Assembly: GCA_046262435.1 (NCBI GenBank)
Contig: JBHEMT010000117.1
Span: 1-57,350, forward strand
DNA from: Candidatus Dormibacteria bacterium
Lineage (GTDB): Bacteria > Chloroflexota > Dormibacteria > Aeolococcales > Aeolococcaceae
Length of the DNA: 57,350 nucleotides
Reading direction: 5' to 3'
The stretch's first letter is position 1; each line of letters begins with the position of its first letter. Below the pieces are notes generated by a model. The model ran no database searches. It saw only the letters and a list, made by a program, of their open reading frames with translations, and was not told where the DNA came from. Shown piece after piece: positions 17,675 through 26,107 of the stretch. Made by a program: the position numbers and the translations under genes.

Positions 17675-18286
17675 ATGGCGACGGTGATCGGCGGTAACGG
17701 CAACGGCGACGGAGGCACCCGTCGCGTCGCGAGCACGCCCAGCGCGCCGGCAACCGCGTCGGCGACCACCCGTGCCGCCGGTGCGCGGACCCGCCTGACC
17801 GGACCGGAGATGGCCAGCGCGCCGCTGGTGGTCCGGCGGCGCGACCAGGAGGAGACCGTGGTCACCTTCCCGACGCTGGTGTGGAAGGAGTTCCTCGCCG
17901 GTCTGGGGGCCTTCATCTTCCTGCTGGCGGTCTCGATTCAGGTGAACGCGCCGCTGCTGCAGCGGGCCAACACGGCGATCACCCCCAACCCGGCCAAGGC
18001 TCCCTGGTACTTCCTCGGCCTTCAGGAATTGCTCGAGCGCTTTCCGCCCGTGATGGCCGGCGTCGCCTTCCCCACCTTCGTGATCGTGGGCATGATGCTC
18101 ACCCCCTACCTCGACAAGAACCCCAGCCGCCGACCGCAGGACCGGAGGGTGGCGATCACCCTGTTCACCGTGTACGTGATGCTGGCCGTGGCCTTCGTGG
18201 TGATCGGCGTGTTCTTCCGCGGTCTGGCGTTCAACTGGGACTGGCTGCGCATCCTCGGGCATCCCGGTATCAAGCCCGAGGTATGA
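17675..18286 (+). CDS. cytochrome b C-terminal domain protein (subunit IV/PetD-like)
   Basis: The Qo-loop region NPAKAPWYFLGLQELLE followed by TM helices. ATG at 17675 is preceded by GGGAGG. About 60 aa of low-complexity N-terminal region. Confidence 0.8.
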   Translation: MATVIGGNGNGDGGTRRVASTPSAPATASATTRAAGARTRLTGPEMASAPLVVRRRDQEETVVTFPTLVWKEFLAGLGAFIFLLAVSIQVNAPLLQRANTAITPNPAKAPWYFLGLQELLERFPPVMAGVAFPTFVIVGMMLTPYLDKNPSRRPQDRRVAITLFTVYVMLAVAFVVIGVFFRGLAFNWDWLRILGHPGIKPEV

Positions 18287-18296
18287 CCCTCCTTTC

Positions 18297-19283
18297 ATGA
18301 CCACCAAGCTGTTCGTCGCCCTGGCGGTGATCCTGGTCGCCCTGGTCGGCGTGGCCGCCGCCAAGGACAGCCACGACCGCGGCTACCTGGCCATCCAGGA
18401 CCAGTACAAACAGGACTACCCGGCCAAGGACAGCGCCGCCACCTTCGACACCAAGGTCCAGCAGCTCTACCCGGTGTTTCCGGCAGCCAAGATGGGTGAC
18501 AGCTTCCGCACTGAGCGCTGCATCTCCTGCCACGTTCCGGACATCGCGATCAGCGGCCCCCAGGTGGCCGCCAAGCGACTCGCCGCCGACTTCTTCAAGT
18601 ACGAGCCCAACGCGCGGCAGATCGCCAAGGCGGAGGGTTACAAGTCGACTCCCGGGTCCTCAGCCCATCCGGGGGCCATCGACCAGTTCCTCTATGCGAG
18701 GTACGGCGCTGCAACCAACGCCACGGTCAACAACGACGGGTTCACCCCCTACATGGTGCCGGTCCCGGGCTCGAGCCCTCAGGCGGCAAAGCTTCCCGGC
18801 CCGATCCCCTCGTTCCTCGATCCTGCGCAGAACGCAGGCAAGTCGTTCGGCATCGACCAGGTGGGCTGCATCGTCTGCCACAACGGCGGCCGGCTTTCGC
18901 TCACCGAACACGACGCCCACCTCAACCTGATCATGAACCCGGAGTACGACTTCACCGAGGGGGCGTCGCTGTACTACAAGAACTGCGTGTCCTGCCACGG
19001 CGGCACGGGTGAGGGCGGCATCGGGCCGCCGCTGAACAACCAGGACCGGCTCGGCTACTTCAACGAGGACTATTACTACCGGTGCATTGAGTATGGGTAC
19101 ACCGACTTCGAGCACCTCGGCTCGGTGATGCCGGCCTGGGGCTCGGAGGCCCCCGACTTTCACTACGAAAAGCCCCGCGACGCCAAGAACCCTCCCACGG
19201 TGCAGAGGAAGCTCAGTGAGGACCAGATTCACATCCTCCAGGAGTTCATCCGGCACTGGGAGAACTACCAGACTCTGCCCTAG
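18297..19283 (+). CDS. membrane-anchored tri-haem c-type cytochrome
   Basis: Three CxxCH motifs: CISCH (aa 75-79), CIVCH (aa 191-195) and CVSCH (aa 230-234). N-terminal anchor FVALAVILVALVGVAAA. The last module resembles a class I cytochrome c (YYKNCVSCHGG...GSVMPAWG). Confidence 0.85.
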   Translation: MTTKLFVALAVILVALVGVAAAKDSHDRGYLAIQDQYKQDYPAKDSAATFDTKVQQLYPVFPAAKMGDSFRTERCISCHVPDIAISGPQVAAKRLAADFFKYEPNARQIAKAEGYKSTPGSSAHPGAIDQFLYARYGAATNATVNNDGFTPYMVPVPGSSPQAAKLPGPIPSFLDPAQNAGKSFGIDQVGCIVCHNGGRLSLTEHDAHLNLIMNPEYDFTEGASLYYKNCVSCHGGTGEGGIGPPLNNQDRLGYFNEDYYYRCIEYGYTDFEHLGSVMPAWGSEAPDFHYEKPRDAKNPPTVQRKLSEDQIHILQEFIRHWENYQTLP

Positions 19284-19298
19284 GAGCTGAAGCACTCG

Positions 19299-19421
19299 AT
19301 GAGACGACGCACCCTCGCCCGCGACGTGATCGGCACTGCCGTGATCTTCTTCGTGCTCTGCTTCGGCACCTTCGCCTTCATGTTGCTCGAGCACTTTCTC
19401 GACAACTTCAAATCGCACTGA
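19299..19421 (+). CDS. possible 40-aa single-TM miniprotein (not in ORF track)
   Basis: MRRRTLARDVIGTAVIFFVLCFGTFAFMLLEHFLDNFKSH, starting 16 nt after the cytochrome c stop. Confidence 0.3.
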   Translation: MRRRTLARDVIGTAVIFFVLCFGTFAFMLLEHFLDNFKSH

Positions 19422-19430
19422 GAGGCGTCG

Positions 19431-19577
19431 ATGGCTGTGCTGCTGAGCGTGATCCTCGCCGACCTCGACCCCGGTGACGCCGGCTGGGGAGACGTGATCT
19501 TCGTCAGCATCTGGGCAATCGGCTCGCTGCTGCTCGGGGCCTTCTACTGCTACCGCGCCTTCTTCAGTCCGCGGTAG
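19431..19577 (+). CDS. possible 48-aa single-TM miniprotein (not in ORF track)
   Basis: [53 protein letters not shown] sits 6 nt upstream of the ATG. Confidence 0.3.
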   Translation: MAVLLSVILADLDPGDAGWGDVIFVSIWAIGSLLLGAFYCYRAFFSPR

Positions 19578-19588
19578 CCGGCCGGGCC

Positions 19589-20053
19589 GTGGATCAGCAT
19601 CCCGCCGCGCCGCCCCCCGCGGTTGACCCGGTCACGACCGCCCCCCTGTCCCATGGTGCGGTCACCGATCCCGGCGCCGGGGAATCCGGCCGGCTACGGC
19701 GTCGGCGCAGCCCGGGCGTGGCCTCGGGGCTGTCGGTGATCCCAGGGCTTGGGCAGCTCTACAACCTCCAGCCGGGCAAGGCGCTCTTCTTCCTCCCGGC
19801 AGCTCTGCTCCCCACCGTTGTCCTGTCTCTTGGCTTCAGCTGGGCCGCGCGGCGGCTGGGCCCGAGCCTGCTCAACCGCGGTGATGGCGCCCTCTTTCCC
19901 TTCGTCGTGCTCCTCGGGGTCATCGTCTTCCTCGGCCTGTTCATCCTCGGGCTGACCTTCTGGGCCAGCGCGGTGGTCGACGCCCGGCGGAGCGCCGAGG
20001 ACCTCAGCACCGGGCGCCAGCCGAGTGGCCGCTGGTGGCTGCTCCGGTTCTGA
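19589..20053 (+). CDS. membrane protein with an IPGLGQLYN motif, unknown function
   Basis: GTG start, a Pro/Ala-rich N-terminus, then 3 hydrophobic helices. Confidence 0.5.
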   Translation: MDQHPAAPPPAVDPVTTAPLSHGAVTDPGAGESGRLRRRRSPGVASGLSVIPGLGQLYNLQPGKALFFLPAALLPTVVLSLGFSWAARRLGPSLLNRGDGALFPFVVLLGVIVFLGLFILGLTFWASAVVDARRSAEDLSTGRQPSGRWWLLRF

Positions 20054-20065
20054 GCGGGTGACACG

Positions 20066-21502
20066 ATGAAACCACCCATCGTCGGGGCATACCGGCGGCT
20101 TCTGCCGGCGAGCTCACCGGGGCTCGGCTGGCCTCGTCGCGACCGCGATCGCGACGAGCTTGGTGGCGAGGAAAGGGAGAGGCTGCTCCAGTACGAGCGG
20201 CTCATGGGCCTCGCCCACGTGGTGGCGTTGACCCTGGCCACCGTGGCAGTGCTGGTCCATGTCGAGTTCATCCCCGGGGTCGCCACCCCGTGGTTCGTGG
20301 CCCTGCTCGCCGGCGCGCTGGCGTTCGCCACCGTCTATCACCTGGTGCTGCCGCGCTGGTGGTGCTCCCGGCGCAAGGTCGTGCTGGGATTGGGCGTCGA
20401 TGTGGTGCTCGCCAGTGCCGTCGTGCACCTCACCGGCGACCACATGAGCCTGCTGGTGTTCCTCTACTACCTGATCGTTGCCGCAACCGCACTCACCCTG
20501 GGTACCGGCGCGGTGTACGCCGTCTGCGCAGCGATCAGCGTCGCCTTCTGCGCCCTGCTCCCCTTCGACCTCGCCTTCCGGACTGCCGCCACGGCACATC
20601 TCGGCCACGTCAGCCTCTTCCTGGTGTCGGTGTGGCTGGTCGGCGCGATCAGCGCGACCGCGGCGGCGCAGTTGCAGGCTTCGGAACGGCGCCTGCTGCG
20701 CAGCCTGCGGAGTCAGCAGGAGATCGCTGAGGAACGAGCCCAGCTCTCCCGTGACCTCCGCGAGCAGCTGGCCGAGAGCCGCCGCCTGCTCGGCTCCCTG
20801 GAGGGGCAGCGCTTGGAGACCCAGCGGCTGGCCGACATGGTGATCAGGGCGCAGGAGGACGAGCGCGGCCGGCTCGCCCGGGAGCTGCACGATGAGGCCA
20901 ACCAGCTGATGGCGGCCCTGCTGACCACCGTGGACGTTGCCGAGTCGATCGGGGCCCGGTACGGACATGACGACCTGGTCGGCGCGCTGGGCCGGCTGCG
21001 CCGCCTGGCCGGCAACGCGCTCAGCGACCTGCAGCGGATCGCCACCGAGCTGCGTCCGCCGGCCCTGGATGAGTTCGGGCTGGTGCCGGCGCTGCAGCGT
21101 CACGTGCGTGACCGCACCCGGGAGAGTGGCGTCGACGCGGACTTCGCGGTGGAGGGCAGACGCCGGCGGGTGGCCGCGTCGGTCGAGGTGGCTCTGTACC
21201 GGATCGCTCAGGAGGCGCTGGCCAACGTCCTGAGGCACGCGGCAGCGCGCACCGTGCACCTCAGGCTGCGGTTTCTCGCCGACGAGGTGCGCCTCGACAT
21301 CAGCGACGACGGCGCCGGTTTCGACTGCACGGCCGCGGGGTCCGGCGCGGCGGAGCGCGCCGGCCTTGGCCTGGCCGGGATGCGCGAGCGCGCAGGCATC
21401 GTCGGCGGCCGCCTTGAGGTGAGCTCCCGGCCTGGTGGGGGAACCCGGGTCAGCGCCCGCGTGCCCTCCCTCGGCGTCCCGGCCCTCGAGCTGGCGGGAT
21501 GA
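20066..21502 (+). CDS. sensor histidine kinase, NarL-partner class (HisKA_3 + HATPase_c) with a polytopic membrane sensor
   Basis: H-box ERGRLARELHDEANQ, N-box AQEALANVLRHA, and G-boxes DDGAGF and GLGLAGMRERA. About 200 aa of N-terminal multi-TM region with essentially no extracytoplasmic loops. Confidence 0.85.
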   Translation: MKPPIVGAYRRLLPASSPGLGWPRRDRDRDELGGEERERLLQYERLMGLAHVVALTLATVAVLVHVEFIPGVATPWFVALLAGALAFATVYHLVLPRWWCSRRKVVLGLGVDVVLASAVVHLTGDHMSLLVFLYYLIVAATALTLGTGAVYAVCAAISVAFCALLPFDLAFRTAATAHLGHVSLFLVSVWLVGAISATAAAQLQASERRLLRSLRSQQEIAEERAQLSRDLREQLAESRRLLGSLEGQRLETQRLADMVIRAQEDERGRLARELHDEANQLMAALLTTVDVAESIGARYGHDDLVGALGRLRRLAGNALSDLQRIATELRPPALDEFGLVPALQRHVRDRTRESGVDADFAVEGRRRRVAASVEVALYRIAQEALANVLRHAAARTVHLRLRFLADEVRLDISDDGAGFDCTAAGSGAAERAGLGLAGMRERAGIVGGRLEVSSRPGGGTRVSARVPSLGVPALELAG

Positions 21503-22161
21503 CCAGGCCGATCCGCGTGCTGCTTGCCGACGACCACGCCCTGTTCCGCGAGGGCGTGCGCGCGCTGCTCGAGGTCGAGGACGACATCCAGGTGGTTGGC
21601 GAGGTTGAGGACGGCCGGTCGGCGGTGACCGAGACGGTCCGCCTCCGCCCCGACGTGGTTCTCATGGACATCACCATGCCCCGTCTCGACGGTGTCGAGG
21701 CCACCCGGCAGGTGACCGCCCGAGCCGCCCAGGTGAAGGTGCTGATGCTCACCATGCACGACTCCGAGGAGGTCTTCCAGCGTTCCCTGAGCGCGGGGGC
21801 GGCGGGCTACGTCCTCAAGCGCAGCGGAGGCCTGGAGCTGGTGGGGGCGATCCGAAGTACGCATGAGGGCAACACCTACCTGTCGCCCTTCCTTGCCAAG
21901 GCGTTGCTTCACGACTACCAGCAGCGCATCCAGCGTGGGGGCTCGCCTGCCGAGCCGACCAAGCGCCTGTCGTCCCGCGAGCACGAGATCCTCAAGCTGA
22001 TCGCCGAGGGTCAGTCGAGCCGGGAGATCGCCGAGCTCCTCGACCTCTCGGTGAAGACTGTCCACAACCACCGGACCAGGCTGATGACCAAGCTCAACAT
22101 CCACCGCAACGCCGAACTGGTGAAGTACGCCATCCGCCTCGGCATGGTTCAGGTCGGCTGA
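21499..22161 (+). CDS. NarL/LuxR-family response regulator
   Basis: Receiver domain (LLADDH...VVLMDITMPRLDG) plus a LuxR helix-turn-helix (LSSREHEILKLIAEGQSSREIAELLDLSVKTVHNHR). ATGA overlap with the kinase gene. Confidence 0.9.
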   Translation: MTRPIRVLLADDHALFREGVRALLEVEDDIQVVGEVEDGRSAVTETVRLRPDVVLMDITMPRLDGVEATRQVTARAAQVKVLMLTMHDSEEVFQRSLSAGAAGYVLKRSGGLELVGAIRSTHEGNTYLSPFLAKALLHDYQQRIQRGGSPAEPTKRLSSREHEILKLIAEGQSSREIAELLDLSVKTVHNHRTRLMTKLNIHRNAELVKYAIRLGMVQVG

Positions 22162-22223
22162 CCCGGACCGGCTGGACCAGCCTCGCCCGTGCCCGCTCCC
22201 GCCGCTGCTATCTTGCCGCCCGT

Positions 22224-22448
22224 ATGGGAGTGCTCGACCGCGTGCGTGTCCGCTTGGCCGAGCTGCGCCGCCAGGACCATGAGGGCGCGCCGGATCGTCC
22301 CGGGCGCCCGCGTGTCGCAGCGCTGCCCGACCCGTCGCGGCCGCCGGCACGCCGTGGTTCGTGGGAGGAGGCCGCGCTCACCAATGTCGAGGTCACCGAG
22401 GTGGTCAAGCGGCAGATCAGGACGGTCACCAGGCCGTGGAACAAATGA
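22224..22448 (+). CDS. possible 74-aa hypothetical protein
   Basis: GC-rich third codon positions and a perfect hairpin 29 nt after the stop. No recognisable motif. Confidence 0.3.
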   Translation: MGVLDRVRVRLAELRRQDHEGAPDRPGRPRVAALPDPSRPPARRGSWEEAALTNVEVTEVVKRQIRTVTRPWNK

Positions 22449-22476
22449 GCCGCCCATGGTCTCGGCGCAACCCGTG

Positions 22477-22500
22477 TTGTTGGGCTATTCAGCCCAACAA
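22477..22500 (+). terminator. perfect 10-bp stem / 4-nt loop hairpin (terminator-like or operator)
   Basis: TTGTTGGGCT-ATTC-AGCCCAACAA in a local AT-rich island. It is followed by AATTT rather than a full T-tract. Confidence 0.35.
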
Positions 22501-22503
22501 AAT

Positions 22504-22533
22504 TTGACGCTGATGAGCCCCGCCTGCGATGAT
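22504..22533 (+). promoter_or_regulatory. candidate sigma70-like promoter for the oxidase operon
   Basis: TTGACG (22504-22509), an 18-nt spacer, then GATGAT (22528-22533). It lies about 120 nt upstream of the ctaC start. Confidence 0.2.
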
Positions 22534-22653
22534 TCTCAGTGAACCGGGCGGCTCCGTGACCCGGCGGAGCGGGCCGGGCCGCGACCGGAGAGCGCGTTCC
22601 GAGCCTTCCCCATCCGTCCCCCTCCCGAGATCCAGCATGGCGGTACGCCCCCG

Positions 22654-23379
22654 ATGATCCTGCTCTCCGCGGACGCCGACTGCGGCAAGTACATCGACCA
22701 GTCGATCACCTCCGACTGCGGGGCGGTGCAGCACCACCTTCTCGGCGCCCTTGGGCCGATCTTCTGGGTCTCGATGGTGGTGTACTTCGGGGTCACCGGG
22801 CTGATCCTGTTCGCCGCGTTCAAATACCGCCGTCGCGCCGACGACGAGGAGCCCCGCCAGGTGCACGGCAACAGCCGTCTCGAGCTCGGCTGGACGCTGG
22901 TGCCGTTCGTGATTCTGCTCGGCCTTTTCGCCCTGACCACCTACGAGATGCACTACGTGAAGACCACTCCGGCCAGCGCGATGAAGATGTGCGTTGTTGG
23001 GCAGCGCTTCGTCTGGGTGTTCCACTACTCGGGGGTGTGCCCGCCTCCGGGCAAGGTGGACAAGTCGGATGTCGTGGTCACCTCCGGGGTTTCGCCGCAC
23101 ATCCAGCCGATGGTGATCCCGGTGGGCAAGCCGATCTCGGTCGACCTGACCGCTGACGACGTCATCCACTCCTTCTACGTGCCCACCCTGGCGGGCCAGG
23201 TGAACAACGTCCCGGGTCAGCTCAACCACATGTGGCTCCAGGCCGACCAGGTGGGCATCTACTACGGCCAGTGCACCGAGCTCTGCGGGGCTGGCCACGC
23301 CAACATGCTGCTCGAGATCAAGGCGGTGAGCCAGCGTGACTACGACGCCTGGTACCAGAAGGCCAAGGCAAACAAGTGA
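22654..23379 (+). CDS. ctaC: cytochrome c oxidase subunit II (CuA), with no fused cytochrome c domain
   Basis: CuA site HSFYVP...CTELCGAGHANM and two N-terminal TM helices. The protein ends 25 aa after the CuA motif. Confidence 0.9.
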   Translation: MILLSADADCGKYIDQSITSDCGAVQHHLLGALGPIFWVSMVVYFGVTGLILFAAFKYRRRADDEEPRQVHGNSRLELGWTLVPFVILLGLFALTTYEMHYVKTTPASAMKMCVVGQRFVWVFHYSGVCPPPGKVDKSDVVVTSGVSPHIQPMVIPVGKPISVDLTADDVIHSFYVPTLAGQVNNVPGQLNHMWLQADQVGIYYGQCTELCGAGHANMLLEIKAVSQRDYDAWYQKAKANK

Positions 23380-23425
23380 CAGGGGCAAGCAGGTGAGCGC
23401 CCGGCGCTCTGGAGGAGAGATCTAG

Positions 23426-25108
23426 ATGGCAGTGCTTGCGGAGCGTCCGCTGCCTCGGGCACGGTTCGCCGCCCGTTGGGACAAGAACCGCGGGGTGATG
23501 GGGTGGCTGACCACCGTCGACCACAAGAAGATTGCGGTGATGTACCTGTACACCACCTTCTTCTTCTTCCTGATCGGCGGGATCATGGCCTTGCTGGTGC
23601 GCATCCAGCTCGCCGAGCCGAAGAACAAGTTCCTCACCCCCGAGCAGTACAACCAGATCTTCACCATGCACGGGACGACGATGATCTTTCTCTGGGTCAT
23701 CCCGGTCCTCTCCGGTTTCGGCAACTATTTCGTGCCGCTGATGATCGGTGCCCGGGACATGGCGTTCCCGCGGATCAACGCGCTCTCCTTCTGGCTGCTG
23801 CCGCTCGGTGGCCTGGTGATGTACTCCGGCTTTCTGGTGGGCGGGACCGGCGACGCCGGCTGGACCGGATACGTACCGCTCACGGAAAAGACGTACAGCC
23901 CACAGGTGGGCCAGGACCTATGGATCCTCGGCCTCCATCTGGTGGGCATCTCCTCGATGCTCGGCGGCATCAACTTCCTCGCCACCATCCACAACATGCG
24001 CGCCCCGGGGATGACCTGGTTCCGGCTGCCGCTCTTCGTCTGGTCGATCGAGGTGACCGCGGCGTTGGTGGTACTTGCCTCCCCGTTCCTCGCCTCGGTG
24101 CTGCTCATGGTCCTGCTCGACCGGCAGGTGGGCTCGCACTTCTTCGCGGTGAACCACGGGGGCGGCAACGCCATCCTCTACCAGCTGATCTTCTGGTTCT
24201 ACTCGCACCCGGCGGTCTACATCATGGTGCTGCCCGCCTTCGGGATCATCAGCGAGACGATCCCCGTATTCGCCCGCAAACCGATCTTCGGCTACCGGGC
24301 GATGGCCTATTCGATGGCGGCGATCGCGGTGCTCGGTTTCATCGTCTTCGTGCACCACATGTTCAACACCGGCCTGCCGGTGGCGGTGACCACCTTCTTT
24401 TCGGTGACGACGATGATCATCGGCGTTCCCACCGGGGTGAAGATCTTCAACTGGACCGCCACCCTGCTGGGTGGGTCGATCCGTTTTGACACGCCCATGC
24501 TCTTCTCGGTCGGCTTCCTGCTGATGTTCCTGATCGGCGGCATCGACGGCGTGTACCTTGGCTCGCTGGCGGTTGACGAGCAGCTGCACGGCACCTACTG
24601 GGTGGTCGGTCACATCCACTACGTGCTCTTCGGTGGCAGCGTGATGGGAATTTTTGCGGGCATCTACTACTGGTTCCCGAAGATGACCGGTCGTTTTCTC
24701 TCCGAACGGCTGGGCAAGCTCCACTTCTGGCTGATGATGCTGGGCATGAACCTGGCCTTCCTGCCCATGCATCTGCTTGGGATCCTGGGAATGCCGCGTC
24801 GCATCTCCTCGTACGAGTACAACCGTGGCTGGGGCAACATCAACTCAGTGATCACCTTCGGCGCCTTCACCATCGCGGTGAGCATCACCATCTTCATGAT
24901 CAACTTCGTGATCAGCCTGCGCTCACCGCGGACGGCCGGTGACGACCCCTGGCTGGGCAACACCCTGGAGTGGGCGACGAGCTCGCCACCGCCGGTGCAC
25001 AACTTCGACACGCTGCCCGAGATCCGCAGCGCCCGTCCGGTCCGCGACGCCCGGCTGGCGTTGGCTGCGGCAAGTGGCACCCCGGTCATCTCACCGACGG
25101 CCGGCTGA
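23426..25108 (+). CDS. ctaD: cytochrome c oxidase subunit I (haem-copper oxidase, A-type)
   Basis: WFYSHPAVYIMVLP, FVHHMFN, GHIHYVLFGG and 12-TM organisation. GGAGGAG RBS. Confidence 0.95.
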   Translation: MAVLAERPLPRARFAARWDKNRGVMGWLTTVDHKKIAVMYLYTTFFFFLIGGIMALLVRIQLAEPKNKFLTPEQYNQIFTMHGTTMIFLWVIPVLSGFGNYFVPLMIGARDMAFPRINALSFWLLPLGGLVMYSGFLVGGTGDAGWTGYVPLTEKTYSPQVGQDLWILGLHLVGISSMLGGINFLATIHNMRAPGMTWFRLPLFVWSIEVTAALVVLASPFLASVLLMVLLDRQVGSHFFAVNHGGGNAILYQLIFWFYSHPAVYIMVLPAFGIISETIPVFARKPIFGYRAMAYSMAAIAVLGFIVFVHHMFNTGLPVAVTTFFSVTTMIIGVPTGVKIFNWTATLLGGSIRFDTPMLFSVGFLLMFLIGGIDGVYLGSLAVDEQLHGTYWVVGHIHYVLFGGSVMGIFAGIYYWFPKMTGRFLSERLGKLHFWLMMLGMNLAFLPMHLLGILGMPRRISSYEYNRGWGNINSVITFGAFTIAVSITIFMINFVISLRSPRTAGDDPWLGNTLEWATSSPPPVHNFDTLPEIRSARPVRDARLALAAASGTPVISPTAG

Positions 25109-25138
25109 CCAAAGCTCCATCACCAGGCCGCGCATCTC

Positions 25139-26107
25139 ATGACCCCCCGTCCGGCGCGTGCCTTCCGCGGGCTCAGCGTGGTCACCGTGGCGGTGACCTA
25201 CCTGCTGATCGTGTGGGGTGGGGTGGTGCGGGTGTCCGGAAGCGGCCTTGGCTGTGGCACCCGGGATGACTGGCCGCTGTGTCACGGCGGCCTCCTGCCC
25301 CCGCTGGAGCAGACCGCGCTGATCGAGTTCACCCATCGCTGGCTGGCCGCGATGTCCACCGCGCTGGTGCTCGGTCTTGGGGTGTACGCCTTCGCGCGCT
25401 ACCGCTCATTGCGCCCCGTGCGCCGGGCCATGGCGGTGGTCTGGGCACTGTTTGTGGTGCAGATCGTGCTGGGCGCGATCACGGTAAAGCTCAAGCTTCC
25501 CGGCTACGTGATCATGGTGCACCTGGCCAATGCACTGGTGCTGCTCGCTGCGCTGGTCTACGTCGCGGTGGTGGCCAACACCTCCGGAACCGCACATCCT
25601 CTGCGTGCCCGGTCGAGCGGCCGGGTTGGAATCATCGCGCTGGCGGCAGCCGCGACCTACGCGCTGGTACTCAGCGGCGCCCTGGTGGTGGCCAACGGCG
25701 CCGGTGGGGCGTGCTCCGCGTGGCCGCTCTGCGGCAACGGCTTTCAGCTCTCCGCGGGCCAGGCCGCGACGCTCAACATCGGCCATCGCGTCGTGGCCGG
25801 GCTGGTCGTTCTGCTTGTCGCGCGCGCGCTGCTGGTGACCCGCCGCAGTCATCCAGGGCGACCGGGGATGCGCGCCGCCACCGGGCTCGCGGGGCTGCTG
25901 CTGGTCGCCCAGGTGGGCGCCGGCGCCGCGCTCGTCGAGCTTCGCCTTCCGCCGGCGGCGCGCGGAGTCCACCTGGCCCTGGCCAGTGCGCTGTGGGCGA
26001 CGGTGGTCCTGGTGGCGCTGCTCAGCCGAACCGGTGAGGCCGCGAGGACGGAGAACGAGGTCGCGCCCGCTGGCTCGCTGCGCCGTCGCACCGGCGCGGT
26101 CGCCTGA
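25139..26107 (+). CDS. ctaA: haem A synthase (COX15/CtaA family)
   Basis: Eight-TM protein with paired motifs (EFTHRWLA..., NIGHRVVAG) and a Cys pair CGTRDDWPLC. Confidence 0.8.
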   Translation: MTPRPARAFRGLSVVTVAVTYLLIVWGGVVRVSGSGLGCGTRDDWPLCHGGLLPPLEQTALIEFTHRWLAAMSTALVLGLGVYAFARYRSLRPVRRAMAVVWALFVVQIVLGAITVKLKLPGYVIMVHLANALVLLAALVYVAVVANTSGTAHPLRARSSGRVGIIALAAAATYALVLSGALVVANGAGGACSAWPLCGNGFQLSAGQAATLNIGHRVVAGLVVLLVARALLVTRRSHPGRPGMRAATGLAGLLLVAQVGAGAALVELRLPPAARGVHLALASALWATVVLVALLSRTGEAARTENEVAPAGSLRRRTGAVA

